A stretch of DNA of 64,000 nt, taken from positions 2,678-66,677 of the forward strand of contig CACEMP010000004.1 in the NCBI GenBank assembly GCA_902560675.1, given 5' to 3'. Under the pieces are notes generated by a model. The model did not search any database. It worked only from the letters and a program-made list of their open reading frames with translations, and had not been told where the DNA came from. The position numbers and the translations under genes were made by a program. Source of the stretch: an uncultured Alphaproteobacteria bacterium (lineage in GTDB: Bacteria; Pseudomonadota; Alphaproteobacteria; HIMB59; GCA-002718135). Positions 33,767-44,541 of the stretch are shown here, piece after piece; the stretch's first letter is position 1, and the number at the start of each line of letters is the position of its first letter.

Positions 33767-35089
33767 ATGATTACTACAAAAAAAAGGACTTTTAATCAAC
33801 ATGATAATGAAAAAGAAAGTTTTTATAAATTTTCTGCACCAGTTTTCCCTAATCAAAATATGTTAAATGAGAATATTTCAACAGACGTATGTATTATTGG
33901 AGGAGGACTAACTGGAATTTCTTCTGCATTAAATTTATCTAATAATGGTTTATCTATAACTATTCTTGAAGCAAATAAAGTCGGATCTGGGGCTTCTGGC
34001 AGGAATGGTGGTCAACTAGGTATTGGAATGAGAAAAGATCAATTCTTTTTAGAAAAAAAATTTGGTCTTGAAAAAGCTAAATTTTTTTGGAAAATTGGAT
34101 TAGATGCTGTTTCAAATGTAGTTAATTTAATTGAAAAATACAAAATAGATTGTGCACTTAGACCAGGTGTTCTTCATGTAGGTAATACAAAAAAAGATTA
34201 TAAATATTTTGAAGATGAAATTGAACATATGCAAAAGAATTATAATTACAATAATTATGAATACTTTGATCATACTTCAATAAGAGATGAAGTTAATAGT
34301 GGTAGATATTTTTCAGGAATGCTTTTAAAGGATTCTTATCATTTAAACCCACTAAAATTGGTATATGGATTGGCAAAACAGTGCTTAGCTAAAGGTATAA
34401 AAATATATGAAAATTCTCCTGCAGATAAAATTATAGATAATCAAAAAGAAGTAATAATACATTCTGGAAAGAATGTAATTAAAGCAAAAAAAGTGATTAT
34501 TGGTTGCAATGGTTATCTTGATAATCTTTTGGGATCAAAAAGAAATTATTTCATGCCTATAAATAATTATATTATTGCAACAGAACCATTAGGAAAAGAT
34601 TTAGCAAATAAATTAATTAAAAGAAACTGTGGAGTAATAGACTCTAGATTTATGATTGATTATTACAGATTTTCAGAGGATTATAGACTTTTGTTTGGAG
34701 GGCCTGAAACAATTACTTCCCATTTTGTAAAAGATGCTAGAAGTTTTGTCTCTAAACGAATGTATAAAGTTTTCCCTGAATTAAAAAAATTCAAAATCGA
34801 ATTTTCTTGGGGAGGAACACTAGCAATATCAATTAATAGATTACCTATTTTTGGAACTAGCATGAATCAAAAGTTATATTATGCCCATGCTTACTCTGGT
34901 CACGGATTAGCTATGAGTACTATGGGTGGAAAAATGATAGCTGAAAAAATACTTAATAAATCAAATAAATTTGACATATTTGAGCAAATTAATCATTTAA
35001 AAATTCCAGGGGGAAATACTTTTAGAAGACCTTTGTATTCCTCAGCTATTATTTATTATAGGTTAATGGATTATTTAAATAGATTGTAG
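33767..35089 (+). CDS. puuB: FAD-dependent oxidoreductase (DAO family; gamma-glutamylputrescine oxidase-like)
   Basis: 440 aa with the FAD fold DVCIIGGGLTGISSAL and GASGRNGG. The context with the puuA-like gene supports the call; the symbol is tentative. Confidence 0.6.
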   Translation: MITTKKRTFNQHDNEKESFYKFSAPVFPNQNMLNENISTDVCIIGGGLTGISSALNLSNNGLSITILEANKVGSGASGRNGGQLGIGMRKDQFFLEKKFGLEKAKFFWKIGLDAVSNVVNLIEKYKIDCALRPGVLHVGNTKKDYKYFEDEIEHMQKNYNYNNYEYFDHTSIRDEVNSGRYFSGMLLKDSYHLNPLKLVYGLAKQCLAKGIKIYENSPADKIIDNQKEVIIHSGKNVIKAKKVIIGCNGYLDNLLGSKRNYFMPINNYIIATEPLGKDLANKLIKRNCGVIDSRFMIDYYRFSEDYRLLFGGPETITSHFVKDARSFVSKRMYKVFPELKKFKIEFSWGGTLAISINRLPIFGTSMNQKLYYAHAYSGHGLAMSTMGGKMIAEKILNKSNKFDIFEQINHLKIPGGNTFRRPLYSSAIIYYRLMDYLNRL

Positions 35090-35090
35090 T

Positions 35091-36032
35091 TTATTTAATT
35101 GCTCTTTTTAATCTGTCATTTATAGTTTTACCTAACCCTTTATTTGATATTTTTACTACGGCAATCTTTTTGCATTTGCTTTGATCTAATTTATGTAGAA
35201 AATGATAAAAATTTTTTGCTGCTTCATTTAAGTTTTTTTTATTACTTAAATTTAAATTAATTATTTTAGATTTTAATTTATTATTACCAAAGTTTAACAA
35301 ACCCTCATCTTTAAATATTTTCTTTGCATTCATTCTTATAGGCTTTAAAGTTGAATAGTGTTTTTTTAAATTACCAGGTGAAATAGAGGATTTCTTATTT
35401 ATTTTTACTTTTGCAAATTTATTAAGTTCTTCAACAGTGATGCTGCCATATCTTAATACTTCTATTCTATTTTTATCATCAATTCTAACAACTGTGGATT
35501 CTAGTCCATAAGAAGATTGTCGATCTTTTAAAACAAATATCTTTTTTTCTAAAATAGGATCAATATCCTTTATATTTGTTACTGAAGTTCTTTCTGACAA
35601 ATTAGCACTAGGAGCAGCTATAGGCAAACCAAATGAAGTAATTAATTTAATTGCTAATTTATTGCTTGGAATTCTACAACCAACTAAATTTGAATTATTT
35701 GAAACTAATTTTGATATTTTAGAGTTCTTCTTCTTCTTTAATATTATTGTTAGAGGTCCAGGCCAAAATTTTGAACCTAGTTTTTTTTCAAATTTATTTA
35801 AAGTGAAATATTTTTCTATTTGATTAATATTTTTAAAGTGACAGATAATAGGGTTATTTTTTGGTCTTTTTTTTACTCTAAAAATAGATTTTACAGCTTT
35901 ATTATTTGTTGCATCAGCCCCTAAGCCAAATACAGTTTCTGTGGGAAATATTACAAGTTCTCCACTGCTTAATAATTTTTTTGCAAAATCTAACTTATTT
36001 TTTTTCATATTTTTTTTATAAAATGTTTCCAT
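35091..36032 (-). CDS. tsaC: L-threonylcarbamoyladenylate synthase (Sua5/YrdC/TsaC with C-terminal Sua5 domain)
   Basis: 313 aa with the YrdC motifs VIFPTETVFGLGADA, KKRPKNNPII and LGLPIAAPSAN-like (FGLPIAAPSANLS). Confidence 0.85.
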   Translation of the reverse strand: METFYKKNMKKNKLDFAKKLLSSGELVIFPTETVFGLGADATNNKAVKSIFRVKKRPKNNPIICHFKNINQIEKYFTLNKFEKKLGSKFWPGPLTIILKKKKNSKISKLVSNNSNLVGCRIPSNKLAIKLITSFGLPIAAPSANLSERTSVTNIKDIDPILEKKIFVLKDRQSSYGLESTVVRIDDKNRIEVLRYGSITVEELNKFAKVKINKKSSISPGNLKKHYSTLKPIRMNAKKIFKDEGLLNFGNNKLKSKIINLNLSNKKNLNEAAKNFYHFLHKLDQSKCKKIAVVKISNKGLGKTINDRLKRAIK

Positions 36033-36066
36033 CTACCTTTAAAATAGTTATTATCAATAGTTCTAT

Positions 36067-36699
36067 ATGGGAAAAGTTGTAGCATTTTCTAATCAAAAGG
36101 GTGGTTCTGGAAAATCAACTCTATCAGCCAACATGGCCGTTCTTTGGAGTAACAGTGGCTATAAAGTTGCTGTTATTGATGCAGATGCTCAAAAAAGCCT
36201 GACTTATTGGCTTGAGTCTAGAAAAGGCTATTATGGAGAGGATGATATTGGAATTACAAAGTTAGAATTTGATATTAGAAATCTAATTGAAGATATTAAA
36301 ACTATAAAAAGAAAATATGACTTCATTATTATTGATAGTCCACCCTCTATTACTTTTGAAACTATGCAAGTTGTTAAAGCCTCAGATAAAGTTTTTGTTC
36401 CTGTTCAACCAAGTCCAGTAGACTTAATGGCAACACTACCGTTTTTAAAAATCGCAAAACAAGAAAGAAAGAACCCAATTATAATTTTAAATAGAGTTAT
36501 GCCAAGAGCTAAATTAACTGATGCTATGATTTTAAGATTAAGATATGCTGGCGCAAAGATAGCCCGTTCAAGAATTTCAAGCAAAGTTTTGTTTGCTGAA
36601 ACTTTTTCTGTTGGAAGAGGGGTAGTTGATATAAGTGTTACCTCTGATGCTTCTAAAGAAATAATTAATGTTGGAAACGAAATTTTAAGAAATTTTTAA
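36067..36699 (+). CDS. Small orphan ParA/MinD-like P-loop ATPase
   Basis: 210 aa with a deviant Walker A NQKGGSGKST and Walker B FIIIDSPP. No parB-like gene is adjacent. Confidence 0.75.
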   Translation: MGKVVAFSNQKGGSGKSTLSANMAVLWSNSGYKVAVIDADAQKSLTYWLESRKGYYGEDDIGITKLEFDIRNLIEDIKTIKRKYDFIIIDSPPSITFETMQVVKASDKVFVPVQPSPVDLMATLPFLKIAKQERKNPIIILNRVMPRAKLTDAMILRLRYAGAKIARSRISSKVLFAETFSVGRGVVDISVTSDASKEIINVGNEILRNF

Positions 36700-36704
36700 T
36701 TTTA

Positions 36705-38003
36705 ATGTCTGATATTACAACTGTTATACTCGCTGCAGGTAATAGTACTCGTTTTAAAGCAAGAGAATCAAAACTGGTTTATCCATTATGTGGTTTACCA
36801 ATTGTTTCACATGTTTATAGAATTGCAAAAAAAATATCAGGTAAAAATGTATTAATTGTATGTAATGATAAAAATAAAGAAGAGTTAAGTTCAATATTAA
36901 ATACATCACAATTAATTGTTCAAAAAAAACAAAGTGGTACTGCACATGCAATTGAACAAGTAAAAAAATTTGTTAAATCAAAAAATATTTTAATTTTATT
37001 TGGTGATACGCCTTTAGTTGAAGTTAAAGATATTAGAAAGCTAGTAAGTAAATTTAAAACAAGTAAAGCTAAAGCCTCATTAATTGCATTTAATACTTTA
37101 AAGCCACATGGTTATGGTAGGGTATTATTAAAAAACAATTATGTTAAAGAAATAATTGAGCAAATCAATTTAAAATCTGAGCAAAAAAAAATAAATTTAT
37201 GTAATTCTGGTATTTTAATGGCAAATACAAAATTATTATTTGATAATTTAAAAAATATTAAAGAAAATAAAATTAAAAAGGAAAGATATCTTCCTGATAT
37301 CTGCAAAATTTTTTCCAAAAAAAATATTCCTATCAATTACATTGAATGTAACGAAGAAACAATGTTTGGCATAAATACTTTAGATGATTTTAATCTTGTG
37401 CAAAATATCTTGCAAAAAAAATATGTTAAAAATTTTATAAAAAATGGAGTAAATTTTTTAAAACCTGAAACTTGTTATTTAAGTTATGACACCAAAATTG
37501 AACCTACCGTTACTATAGAAAGCAACGTTACAATCAAGGAAAAAACAATTATAAAAAAAGGTTCAATAGTTAAAAGCAATTCATACTTAGAAGAAGTAAT
37601 CATAGATGAAAATTCCCTTATTGGTCCAAGCGCTAGAATAAGACCTAAAACAAAAATTGGTAAAAAATCAAAGATTGGTAATTTTGTTGAAATTAAAAAT
37701 TCGAAAATTGGTAATAATGTTTCTATTGCTCATCTTTCTTATATTGGAGATTCAAAAATAGGAAACAATGTGAATATAGGTGCTGGAACAATAACCTGTA
37801 ACTATGACGGAAAGAAAAAGTATAAAACAGTAATTAAAGATAATGTATTTATAGGTTCAAACACATCACTTATTGCACCAGTTGTAATTGAGTCTAAGTC
37901 TAGAATTGGCGCAGGTAGTGTTATCACTAAAAATATTCCCAAAAATTCACTTGCTATTGAAAGATCACCCTTAAAAATTCTAAGAAATAAAAGGTCTAAA
38001 TAA
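36705..38003 (+). CDS. glmU: Bifunctional UDP-N-acetylglucosamine pyrophosphorylase / glucosamine-1-phosphate N-acetyltransferase
   Basis: 432 aa with an N-terminal [11 protein letters not shown] nucleotidyltransferase fold and C-terminal hexapeptide repeats ([18 protein letters not shown]). Confidence 0.85.
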   Translation: MSDITTVILAAGNSTRFKARESKLVYPLCGLPIVSHVYRIAKKISGKNVLIVCNDKNKEELSSILNTSQLIVQKKQSGTAHAIEQVKKFVKSKNILILFGDTPLVEVKDIRKLVSKFKTSKAKASLIAFNTLKPHGYGRVLLKNNYVKEIIEQINLKSEQKKINLCNSGILMANTKLLFDNLKNIKENKIKKERYLPDICKIFSKKNIPINYIECNEETMFGINTLDDFNLVQNILQKKYVKNFIKNGVNFLKPETCYLSYDTKIEPTVTIESNVTIKEKTIIKKGSIVKSNSYLEEVIIDENSLIGPSARIRPKTKIGKKSKIGNFVEIKNSKIGNNVSIAHLSYIGDSKIGNNVNIGAGTITCNYDGKKKYKTVIKDNVFIGSNTSLIAPVVIESKSRIGAGSVITKNIPKNSLAIERSPLKILRNKRSK

Positions 38004-38050
38004 TAACCCTTGTTTCAAGATATATTAAGGTTTATGAGCCATTCCAAATT

Positions 38051-39424
38051 ATGAGTGAAAAATGGTCACCGAAAAGTTGGAGAAATAAAGATGCTCTTCA
38101 TATGCCAAACTATCAGAACGAAGATCATCTTAATAAAACTCTTAATCAAATCTCCAAATATCCACCTCTTGTTTTTGCTGGAGAGGCGAGGTTATTAAAA
38201 AAGAAACTTGGTGAAGTTGCAAATGGAAATGCTTTTTTATTACAAGGTGGTGATTGTGCAGAAAGTTTTGCAGATTTTCATCCAGATAATATCAGAGATA
38301 CATTTAAAGTTATTTTACAAATGGCTGTTGTTTTGACTTTTGGTGCCTCTTGTCCAATAGTTAAAGTTGGAAGAATTGCTGGACAATTTGCTAAACCAAG
38401 ATCATCTGCCACAGAAGTAATAAATGATATAGAACTTGAGTCATATAAAGGCGATATAATTAATGGGATTGACTTCAATCAAAAAGACAGAGATCCTGAT
38501 CCAGATAGATTGATTCAAGCTTATAATCAGTCTGCATCTACACTAAATTTATTGAGAGCCTTTTCCCAGGGTGGTTTTGCAAATTTAAATAAAATACATC
38601 AATGGAATTTAAATTTTGTTAAAGGTGAGAATGCTACTAAATTTAGAGAGATATCTTCGAGAATTGATGAATGCTTATCTTTTATGGAAGCATGCGGCAT
38701 AAATGGAAACAGTGTAAGACAGTTAAATGAAACAGATTTCTTTACAAGCCATGAAGCATTACTTCTTCAATATGAGGAAGCATTAACAAGAATAGATAGT
38801 ACTTCAGGTAAATGGTATGATGTTTCAGCTCACATGTTATGGGTAGGTGATAGAACACGACAATTGGACGGAGCACATATTGAATTTTTAAGAGGTATTG
38901 AAAACCCTATAGGTATTAAAGTGGGCCCAAGTACAAAGACTGAGGAACTTTTAAAGATATTAGATGTCTTAAATCCAGATAATGAAGCTGGGAAAATAAC
39001 ACTCATATGTAGAATGGGTCATGAAAAAGTTAGTGGAATACTGCCAAAAATAATTAAATTAGTAAATTCTGCTGGTAAAAATGTTGTTTGGACTTGTGAT
39101 CCTATGCACGGAAATACCATCAAGTCTAATACGGGTTTTAAAACTAGACCATTAAAAGATATAATTTCTGAAATTCAGCAGTTTTTTCAAATTCACAGAA
39201 GTGAAGGAACATATCCTGGTGGTGTTCATTTGGAAATGACTGGTCAAGATGTTACAGAATGTATGGGAGGTCTTCAAGAAATAACTGATGAAGATTTAAA
39301 AAATAGATATCATACATATTGTGATCCGAGACTAAATGCCTCGCAGTCTTTAGAATTGGCTTTTTTATTATCAGATTTTTTAAAAGAAGAAAAATTGCTC
39401 TCAAAGCAATCTTCAAATTTATAA
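38051..39424 (+). CDS. 3-deoxy-7-phosphoheptulonate (DAHP) synthase, class II
   Basis: 457 aa with the class II hallmarks [31 protein letters not shown] and DPMHGNT. Confidence 0.9.
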   Translation: MSEKWSPKSWRNKDALHMPNYQNEDHLNKTLNQISKYPPLVFAGEARLLKKKLGEVANGNAFLLQGGDCAESFADFHPDNIRDTFKVILQMAVVLTFGASCPIVKVGRIAGQFAKPRSSATEVINDIELESYKGDIINGIDFNQKDRDPDPDRLIQAYNQSASTLNLLRAFSQGGFANLNKIHQWNLNFVKGENATKFREISSRIDECLSFMEACGINGNSVRQLNETDFFTSHEALLLQYEEALTRIDSTSGKWYDVSAHMLWVGDRTRQLDGAHIEFLRGIENPIGIKVGPSTKTEELLKILDVLNPDNEAGKITLICRMGHEKVSGILPKIIKLVNSAGKNVVWTCDPMHGNTIKSNTGFKTRPLKDIISEIQQFFQIHRSEGTYPGGVHLEMTGQDVTECMGGLQEITDEDLKNRYHTYCDPRLNASQSLELAFLLSDFLKEEKLLSKQSSNL

Positions 39425-39445
39425 ATTTATATTTATATAATACTT

Positions 39446-40186
39446 ATGAATTCAAAAGATAAAATTACATACATTTCTAACTGGATTAAAAAATATGCAT
39501 TGTCTATAAATAACAATGAAACCAAACTAGTAATTGGAGTTTCAGGAGGAGTCGACTCAGCTCTTACAAGCACATTATGTGCTCTTACTGGCTTAAAAAC
39601 TATCGCTGTTTCAATGCCTATTAAGCAAAACTCTTCTCAACATGATTTAAGCTTAAGACATTTAAATTTTTTAAATCAAAATTTCCCAAATGTAGAAACA
39701 AAAATAGTCGAGTTGGATAATGTTTTTAATACTTTTCAAGATACAATGCAAAATTTTGATAGTGAGCTAGCTTTTGCAAATTCAAGATCTAGACTTCGAA
39801 TGGTAACGCTTTATCAGATTGCCCAAAGTAATAACGGAATAGTTGTTGGTACTGGAAATAAAGTTGAAGATTTTGGTGTTGGATTTTATACAAAATATGG
39901 TGATGGAGGAGTAGACATATCACCAATTGCAGATTGTACTAAAACTGAAGTATGGGAATTAGCTAAGGAAATTGGTGTTATAGAAGATATTATTAGCGCT
40001 GCACCTACAGATGGTTTATGGGATGATAGTAGAAATGATGAAAGTCAACTTGGTCTTTCATATAAGCAATTAGAAGACGCAATGGAAAATAAATCTAGTA
40101 AATACTACAGTAGATATGAAGAAATTAGAAAACCAAATCTTCATAAGATGAAACCTATTCCAGTTTGCGAAATTCCAAAAGAATAA
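39446..40186 (+). CDS. nadE: Ammonia-dependent NAD+ synthetase
   Basis: 246 aa with the PP-loop GVSGGVDSA plus GTGNKVEDFGVGFYTKYGDGG. Confidence 0.85.
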   Translation: MNSKDKITYISNWIKKYALSINNNETKLVIGVSGGVDSALTSTLCALTGLKTIAVSMPIKQNSSQHDLSLRHLNFLNQNFPNVETKIVELDNVFNTFQDTMQNFDSELAFANSRSRLRMVTLYQIAQSNNGIVVGTGNKVEDFGVGFYTKYGDGGVDISPIADCTKTEVWELAKEIGVIEDIISAAPTDGLWDDSRNDESQLGLSYKQLEDAMENKSSKYYSRYEEIRKPNLHKMKPIPVCEIPKE

Positions 40187-40187
40187 T

Positions 40188-41522
40188 ATGAAGTGTAGGT
40201 TTGCACCTAGCCCTACAGGAAAAATACACATCGGCAATGCTAGATCAGCAATTTTAAATTGGATTTTTTGTAAAAAAAATCAAGGTGAGTTTGTATTAAG
40301 AATTGATGATACTGATGCCAATAGGAGTACTAAAGAATTTGAGAAAAGTATCAAAAACGATCTTGCATGGCTTGGATTGAATTGGAGTTATTCTTTTAAT
40401 CAATCTTCAAGAAAAAACATTTACAATGAGAAAATCAAAATTCTAAAAGAAAAGAAAAGACTTTATCCATGTTTTGAAACAGAAGAGGAATTAGCTTTAA
40501 AGAAAAAATCTCTTTTATCCTCAGGAAAGCCACCTATTTATGATAGATCATCACTAAATCTAAGTAATGAAGAAGTAGAAAAAAAAATAGAATCTGGAAT
40601 TCAACCTCATTGGAGATTCAAATTAGACGATGAAAATATTAGTTGGAAAGATATTATTAAAGGTAATGTCTCATTTGATGCCAAAAATTTGAGTGATCCT
40701 GTTTTAATTAGAGCTGATGGAACATTGTTATACCATTTACCCTCAGTCATTGATGATATTGAAGAAAAAATCACACATATTATTAGGGGGGAAGATCACA
40801 TAGCTAATACTGCTTATCATATTCAAATTTTTAAGGCTCTTGAATCTACAATTCCATCATTTGCTCATCATCCATTCTTAGTTGATGAAACTGGTAAGGG
40901 TTTTAGCAAAAGGCTTGGAAGTCTTTCAATTGAAAATTTTAGAGACGAGGGATACGAAAATATTACTTTACTTAATTATTTTCTTTTTATTGGTTCGAGT
41001 AGTAACATCGATCCAATCAAAGATTTAAATGAAATAGTAAAAAAATTTGATATTCAAAACTTATCTAAATCTTCTGCAAAATTTTCTATTGAATCCTTAA
41101 GAAACCTTAATGAAAATACCATTAAATTATTTAATTATAATGAGATTAATCATAAGTTAAAAAATATAAAATCTAATTTTCAAAAAGAGAGTTTTTGGCG
41201 TTTTATTAAAAATAATATTTCATTTATTAAACAAGCTAAAGAATGGGAAGAAGTAATCTCAAAAATAAATAATGCTAAAGATTTAAATATTGATGATAAT
41301 TTTATTATTACAGCAATTGATGAATTGCCCGAAGATCCTTTCGATGAAAAAACATGGGATCATTGGACAGCAAAAATTAACAAAAAAACTGGACTTAAAG
41401 GAAAAGATTTATTCATGCCTTTGAGGTTAATTTTGACAGGTAAATCTTATGGACCCGAATTAAAATATCTACTACCATTGTTTGATAGAAACGGAATTTT
41501 GCAAAAACTTGGAAAAATCTAG
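40188..41522 (+). CDS. gltX: Glutamyl-tRNA synthetase
   Basis: 444 aa with RFAPSPTGKIHIGNARSA (HIGH) and a GFSKRLGS (KMSKS-like) motif. Confidence 0.9.
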   Translation: MKCRFAPSPTGKIHIGNARSAILNWIFCKKNQGEFVLRIDDTDANRSTKEFEKSIKNDLAWLGLNWSYSFNQSSRKNIYNEKIKILKEKKRLYPCFETEEELALKKKSLLSSGKPPIYDRSSLNLSNEEVEKKIESGIQPHWRFKLDDENISWKDIIKGNVSFDAKNLSDPVLIRADGTLLYHLPSVIDDIEEKITHIIRGEDHIANTAYHIQIFKALESTIPSFAHHPFLVDETGKGFSKRLGSLSIENFRDEGYENITLLNYFLFIGSSSNIDPIKDLNEIVKKFDIQNLSKSSAKFSIESLRNLNENTIKLFNYNEINHKLKNIKSNFQKESFWRFIKNNISFIKQAKEWEEVISKINNAKDLNIDDNFIITAIDELPEDPFDEKTWDHWTAKINKKTGLKGKDLFMPLRLILTGKSYGPELKYLLPLFDRNGILQKLGKI

Positions 41523-41560
41523 TAAATTTTAATTAATACTCTATTAGCGATCTAGTAATT

Positions 41561-43147
41561 ATGGAAGATAAAGTATATTTATTCGATACCACACTTAGGG
41601 ATGGCCAGCAAACAACAGGAGTTAATTTTTCTGTTAGTGATAAAATGAATATATCCCAACATCTTGATGATTTAGGAATAGACTATATTGAAGGTGGATG
41701 GCCAGGAGCAAATCCTACCGATAATGATTTTTTTTCAAGAAATACAAAATTTTCAAAAAGTAAATTGACTGCCTTTGGTATGACAAGAAGGCCAGGTAGA
41801 AGTGCTGATAACGATCCAGGATTAAATGCACTTATCAATTCAAGTGCAAGTTGTGTTTGCATTGTAGGTAAATCATCATCATTTCACGTAAGAAATGCTT
41901 TAGAAATATCTGAAGATGAAAATTTAAAAATGATAAGTGATAGTATTCACTCAATAAAAAATAAAAACAAAGAACCAATATTTGATGCAGAACATTTTTT
42001 TGATGGCTTTAAAGAAAATAAAGAGTTTGCATTGAGTTGTATTAAAGCAGCGTATAACGCTGGTGCAAGATGGGTTGTTCTTTGTGATACAAATGGGGGA
42101 ACCCTTCCTCATGAAATTTACAATATTGTTTCAGAAGTAGTAAAAGTTATACCAGGTCAAAATGTTGGTATACATGCTCACAATGATACTGATAATGCAG
42201 TTGCAAATGCTTTAGCAGCAATTAATGCTGGAGCAAGACAGATACAGGGAACAATTAATGGTTTAGGAGAAAGATGTGGAAATACAAATTTAATTTCCTT
42301 AATTCCATCTTTGGTTCTAAAAACAAAATATAAAACTAATATTTCAAAAGATAAATTAAAAAATTTAATTCATCTTTCTAGAACATTAAATGATATTCTT
42401 AATATGCCTTCAAGAAAAAATGCTCCATATGTTGGGGATCATGCTTTCTCCCATAAAGGTGGATTGCATGCATCTGCAATAGAAAAAAATTCTTCAACTT
42501 ATGAACATATTGATCCAGAAATAGTTGGTAATTCTAGAAATGTCGTAATTTCTAATCAGGCAGGAAGATCTAATATACTTAATCAATTAAATAAGATTAA
42601 TATTGATCTACCTAAAAATGAAATCAATAATATCTTAGAGATTATCAAGGAAAAGGAATCAGAAGGATATTCATTTGATACTGCTTTAGCAAGTTTTGAA
42701 TTATTAGTTAGACGTCACCTTGGTCATTTTAAGGATTTTTATAACTTAGACAAATTTAGAGTCACAGATGAAAGAAGATGGAATGCCAAAGGTCAAATTG
42801 TTACTGAAGCCGAGGCTACAGTATTTTTAAAAGTCAAAGACTCAAATATGATGACAGTGGGTACTGGAAATGGTCCAGTAAATGCTATTGATAGTGCATT
42901 AAGAAAAGCCCTAATTGATTATTATCCTGATCTTAAAGATTTGAAGTTAACTGATTACAAAGTTATGATTCTTTCATCAGAAAAAGGTACTGGTGCTATT
43001 ACAAGAGTTGTAATTGAATCATCTGATTCTACTAATAAACATTGGACAACTATTGGCGTATCTCCAAATATAATTGATGCATCTTATAGCGCTATTTTTG
43101 ATAGCATTACTTTTAAGCTATTTAATGATTTAAAGAATAAAAATTGA
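41561..43147 (+). CDS. cimA: Citramalate synthase (LeuA/HMGL-like family, long form with LeuA dimerisation domain)
   Basis: 528 aa with LFDTTLRDGQQTTGVNFS...IEGGWPGANPTD and HAHNDTDNAVANALAAINAGA. Size and N-terminal pattern fit the cimA subgroup rather than leuA. Confidence 0.7.
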   Translation: MEDKVYLFDTTLRDGQQTTGVNFSVSDKMNISQHLDDLGIDYIEGGWPGANPTDNDFFSRNTKFSKSKLTAFGMTRRPGRSADNDPGLNALINSSASCVCIVGKSSSFHVRNALEISEDENLKMISDSIHSIKNKNKEPIFDAEHFFDGFKENKEFALSCIKAAYNAGARWVVLCDTNGGTLPHEIYNIVSEVVKVIPGQNVGIHAHNDTDNAVANALAAINAGARQIQGTINGLGERCGNTNLISLIPSLVLKTKYKTNISKDKLKNLIHLSRTLNDILNMPSRKNAPYVGDHAFSHKGGLHASAIEKNSSTYEHIDPEIVGNSRNVVISNQAGRSNILNQLNKINIDLPKNEINNILEIIKEKESEGYSFDTALASFELLVRRHLGHFKDFYNLDKFRVTDERRWNAKGQIVTEAEATVFLKVKDSNMMTVGTGNGPVNAIDSALRKALIDYYPDLKDLKLTDYKVMILSSEKGTGAITRVVIESSDSTNKHWTTIGVSPNIIDASYSAIFDSITFKLFNDLKNKN

Positions 43148-43857
43148 CACCAAAAAATCCAAGCATAATTTTAGTTAGACCTCAACTTCCTGAAAATATT
43201 GGAATGGTTGCTCGCGTAATGCACAACTTCGGTCTAAAAGATCTAATTGTTATTTCACCAAGAGAAAACTGGTTAAATAACAAATCAATAAATGCAGCAA
43301 AAAAAGCAACAAAAATTATTAAGAATATTAAAGTTTATGATGATTTAGAAATTGCACTTTCTAACTTTTCTTATGTTGTGGCCACAACGAATAGAAGAAG
43401 ATATTTGGAAAAAAATTATACTAACAATTTTAAATTTATTAAAAGAAAAATTATTGTTAATAAAAAAACAGCAATACTTTTTGGTCCTGAAAATTCAGGG
43501 CTTTCAAATGAAGATTTGAGATTATCTGATATCATCTTTACTATTGAAACAAGTAGTATAAGTAATTCATTAAACCTTTCTCATGCAGTTACTATTTTAA
43601 GTCATAAATTATTTGAATTGAATAATAATATTAAAATTAATAATTCAACTTCAATTGAAAAAGATAATATTGGTAAATATCAATTATCTAAATTCCTAAA
43701 TTATTTGATTGAGAAACTGGACAATAAAAAATTTTTTACCCCAAGTGAAAAAAAAGAAAGTATGAAAAATAATATTTATAGTATTTTTACAAAAATCCCT
43801 CTCACAAAGAAAGAATTACAGACTTTATGGGGAATTACTAAAAAACTAAACAAATAA
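43144..43857 (+). CDS. trmJ: SpoU/TrmH-family RNA 2'-O-methyltransferase (TrmJ/LasT group)
   Basis: 237 aa with a TTG start overlapping the cimA stop, plus ENIGMVARVMHNFG, LFGPENSGLSNEDL and SLNLSHAV. Confidence 0.7.
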   Translation: MTPKNPSIILVRPQLPENIGMVARVMHNFGLKDLIVISPRENWLNNKSINAAKKATKIIKNIKVYDDLEIALSNFSYVVATTNRRRYLEKNYTNNFKFIKRKIIVNKKTAILFGPENSGLSNEDLRLSDIIFTIETSSISNSLNLSHAVTILSHKLFELNNNIKINNSTSIEKDNIGKYQLSKFLNYLIEKLDNKKFFTPSEKKESMKNNIYSIFTKIPLTKKELQTLWGITKKLNK

Positions 43858-43880
43858 GCCAAAAATTGATTATATTAAAT

Positions 43881-43909
43881 TTGACATAGTACTTTAAATC
43901 ACTATATAC
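43881..43909 (+). promoter_or_regulatory. Sigma70-like promoter candidate for rpsD
   Basis: TTGACA at 43881..43886, a 16-17-nt spacer, then TATATA/ATATAC at 43903..43909, ending 12 nt upstream of the rpsD ATG. Confidence 0.4.
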
Positions 43910-43920
43910 GCTTCATAATA

Positions 43921-44541
43921 ATGACTAAAAGACATAACGCTAAATACAAAATTGATAGAAGGTTAGGTGTTAACTTGTGGGGCAGGCCTAAAAGCCCTTT
44001 TAATAGAAGAAACTCAAAGCCTGGTCAGCATGGCGTTCAGGGACAAAGAAAAAAATTATCAGATTATGGAAACCAGCTTTTTGCTAAGCAAAAACTTAAA
44101 TTTTATTATGGTGATTTAACTGAAAGACAATTTAGAAATATTTTTAAAAAAGCTTCTAATATTAAAGGTGATACAAGTCAGATTTTAATTGAACTTTTAG
44201 AAAGAAGATTAGATGCTACAGTATATAGAATGAAGTTTGTACCTACAATTTTTTCTTCAAGACAGCTAGTTAATCATGGTCATGTAAAGGTTAACGGAAA
44301 AAGAGTTAACATTCCATCTTATAGCGTTAGTGATGGTGATGAAATCTCAATAAGAGATAAAAGTAAAGAAATTAACTTAATTGTAGAATCAGTTAGTTCT
44401 CAAGAAAGAGAAATTCCAGAATACTTAGAAGTTGATGTAAAAGAGTTGAAAGGCCGCTTTTTAAGAGCACCTCTAATTCATGATGTACCTTTCCCTGTAA
44501 CTATGGAACCTAATTTAGTTATTGAGTATTATTCAAGATAA
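43921..44541 (+). CDS. rpsD: 30S ribosomal protein S4
   Basis: 206 aa with the alphaproteobacterial-type N-terminus [16 protein letters not shown] and the S4 domain [11 protein letters not shown]. Confidence 0.95.
   Translation: MTKRHNAKYKIDRRLGVNLWGRPKSPFNRRNSKPGQHGVQGQRKKLSDYGNQLFAKQKLKFYYGDLTERQFRNIFKKASNIKGDTSQILIELLERRLDATVYRMKFVPTIFSSRQLVNHGHVKVNGKRVNIPSYSVSDGDEISIRDKSKEINLIVESVSSQEREIPEYLEVDVKELKGRFLRAPLIHDVPFPVTMEPNLVIEYYSR

Noticed and set aside
36067-36699. Interpreting the ParA-like gene as evidence of an integrated plasmid or a chromosome partition locus
   Set aside because: There is no parB, no repeated centromere-like sites and no replication or conjugation genes. The flanking genes are conserved housekeeping genes.
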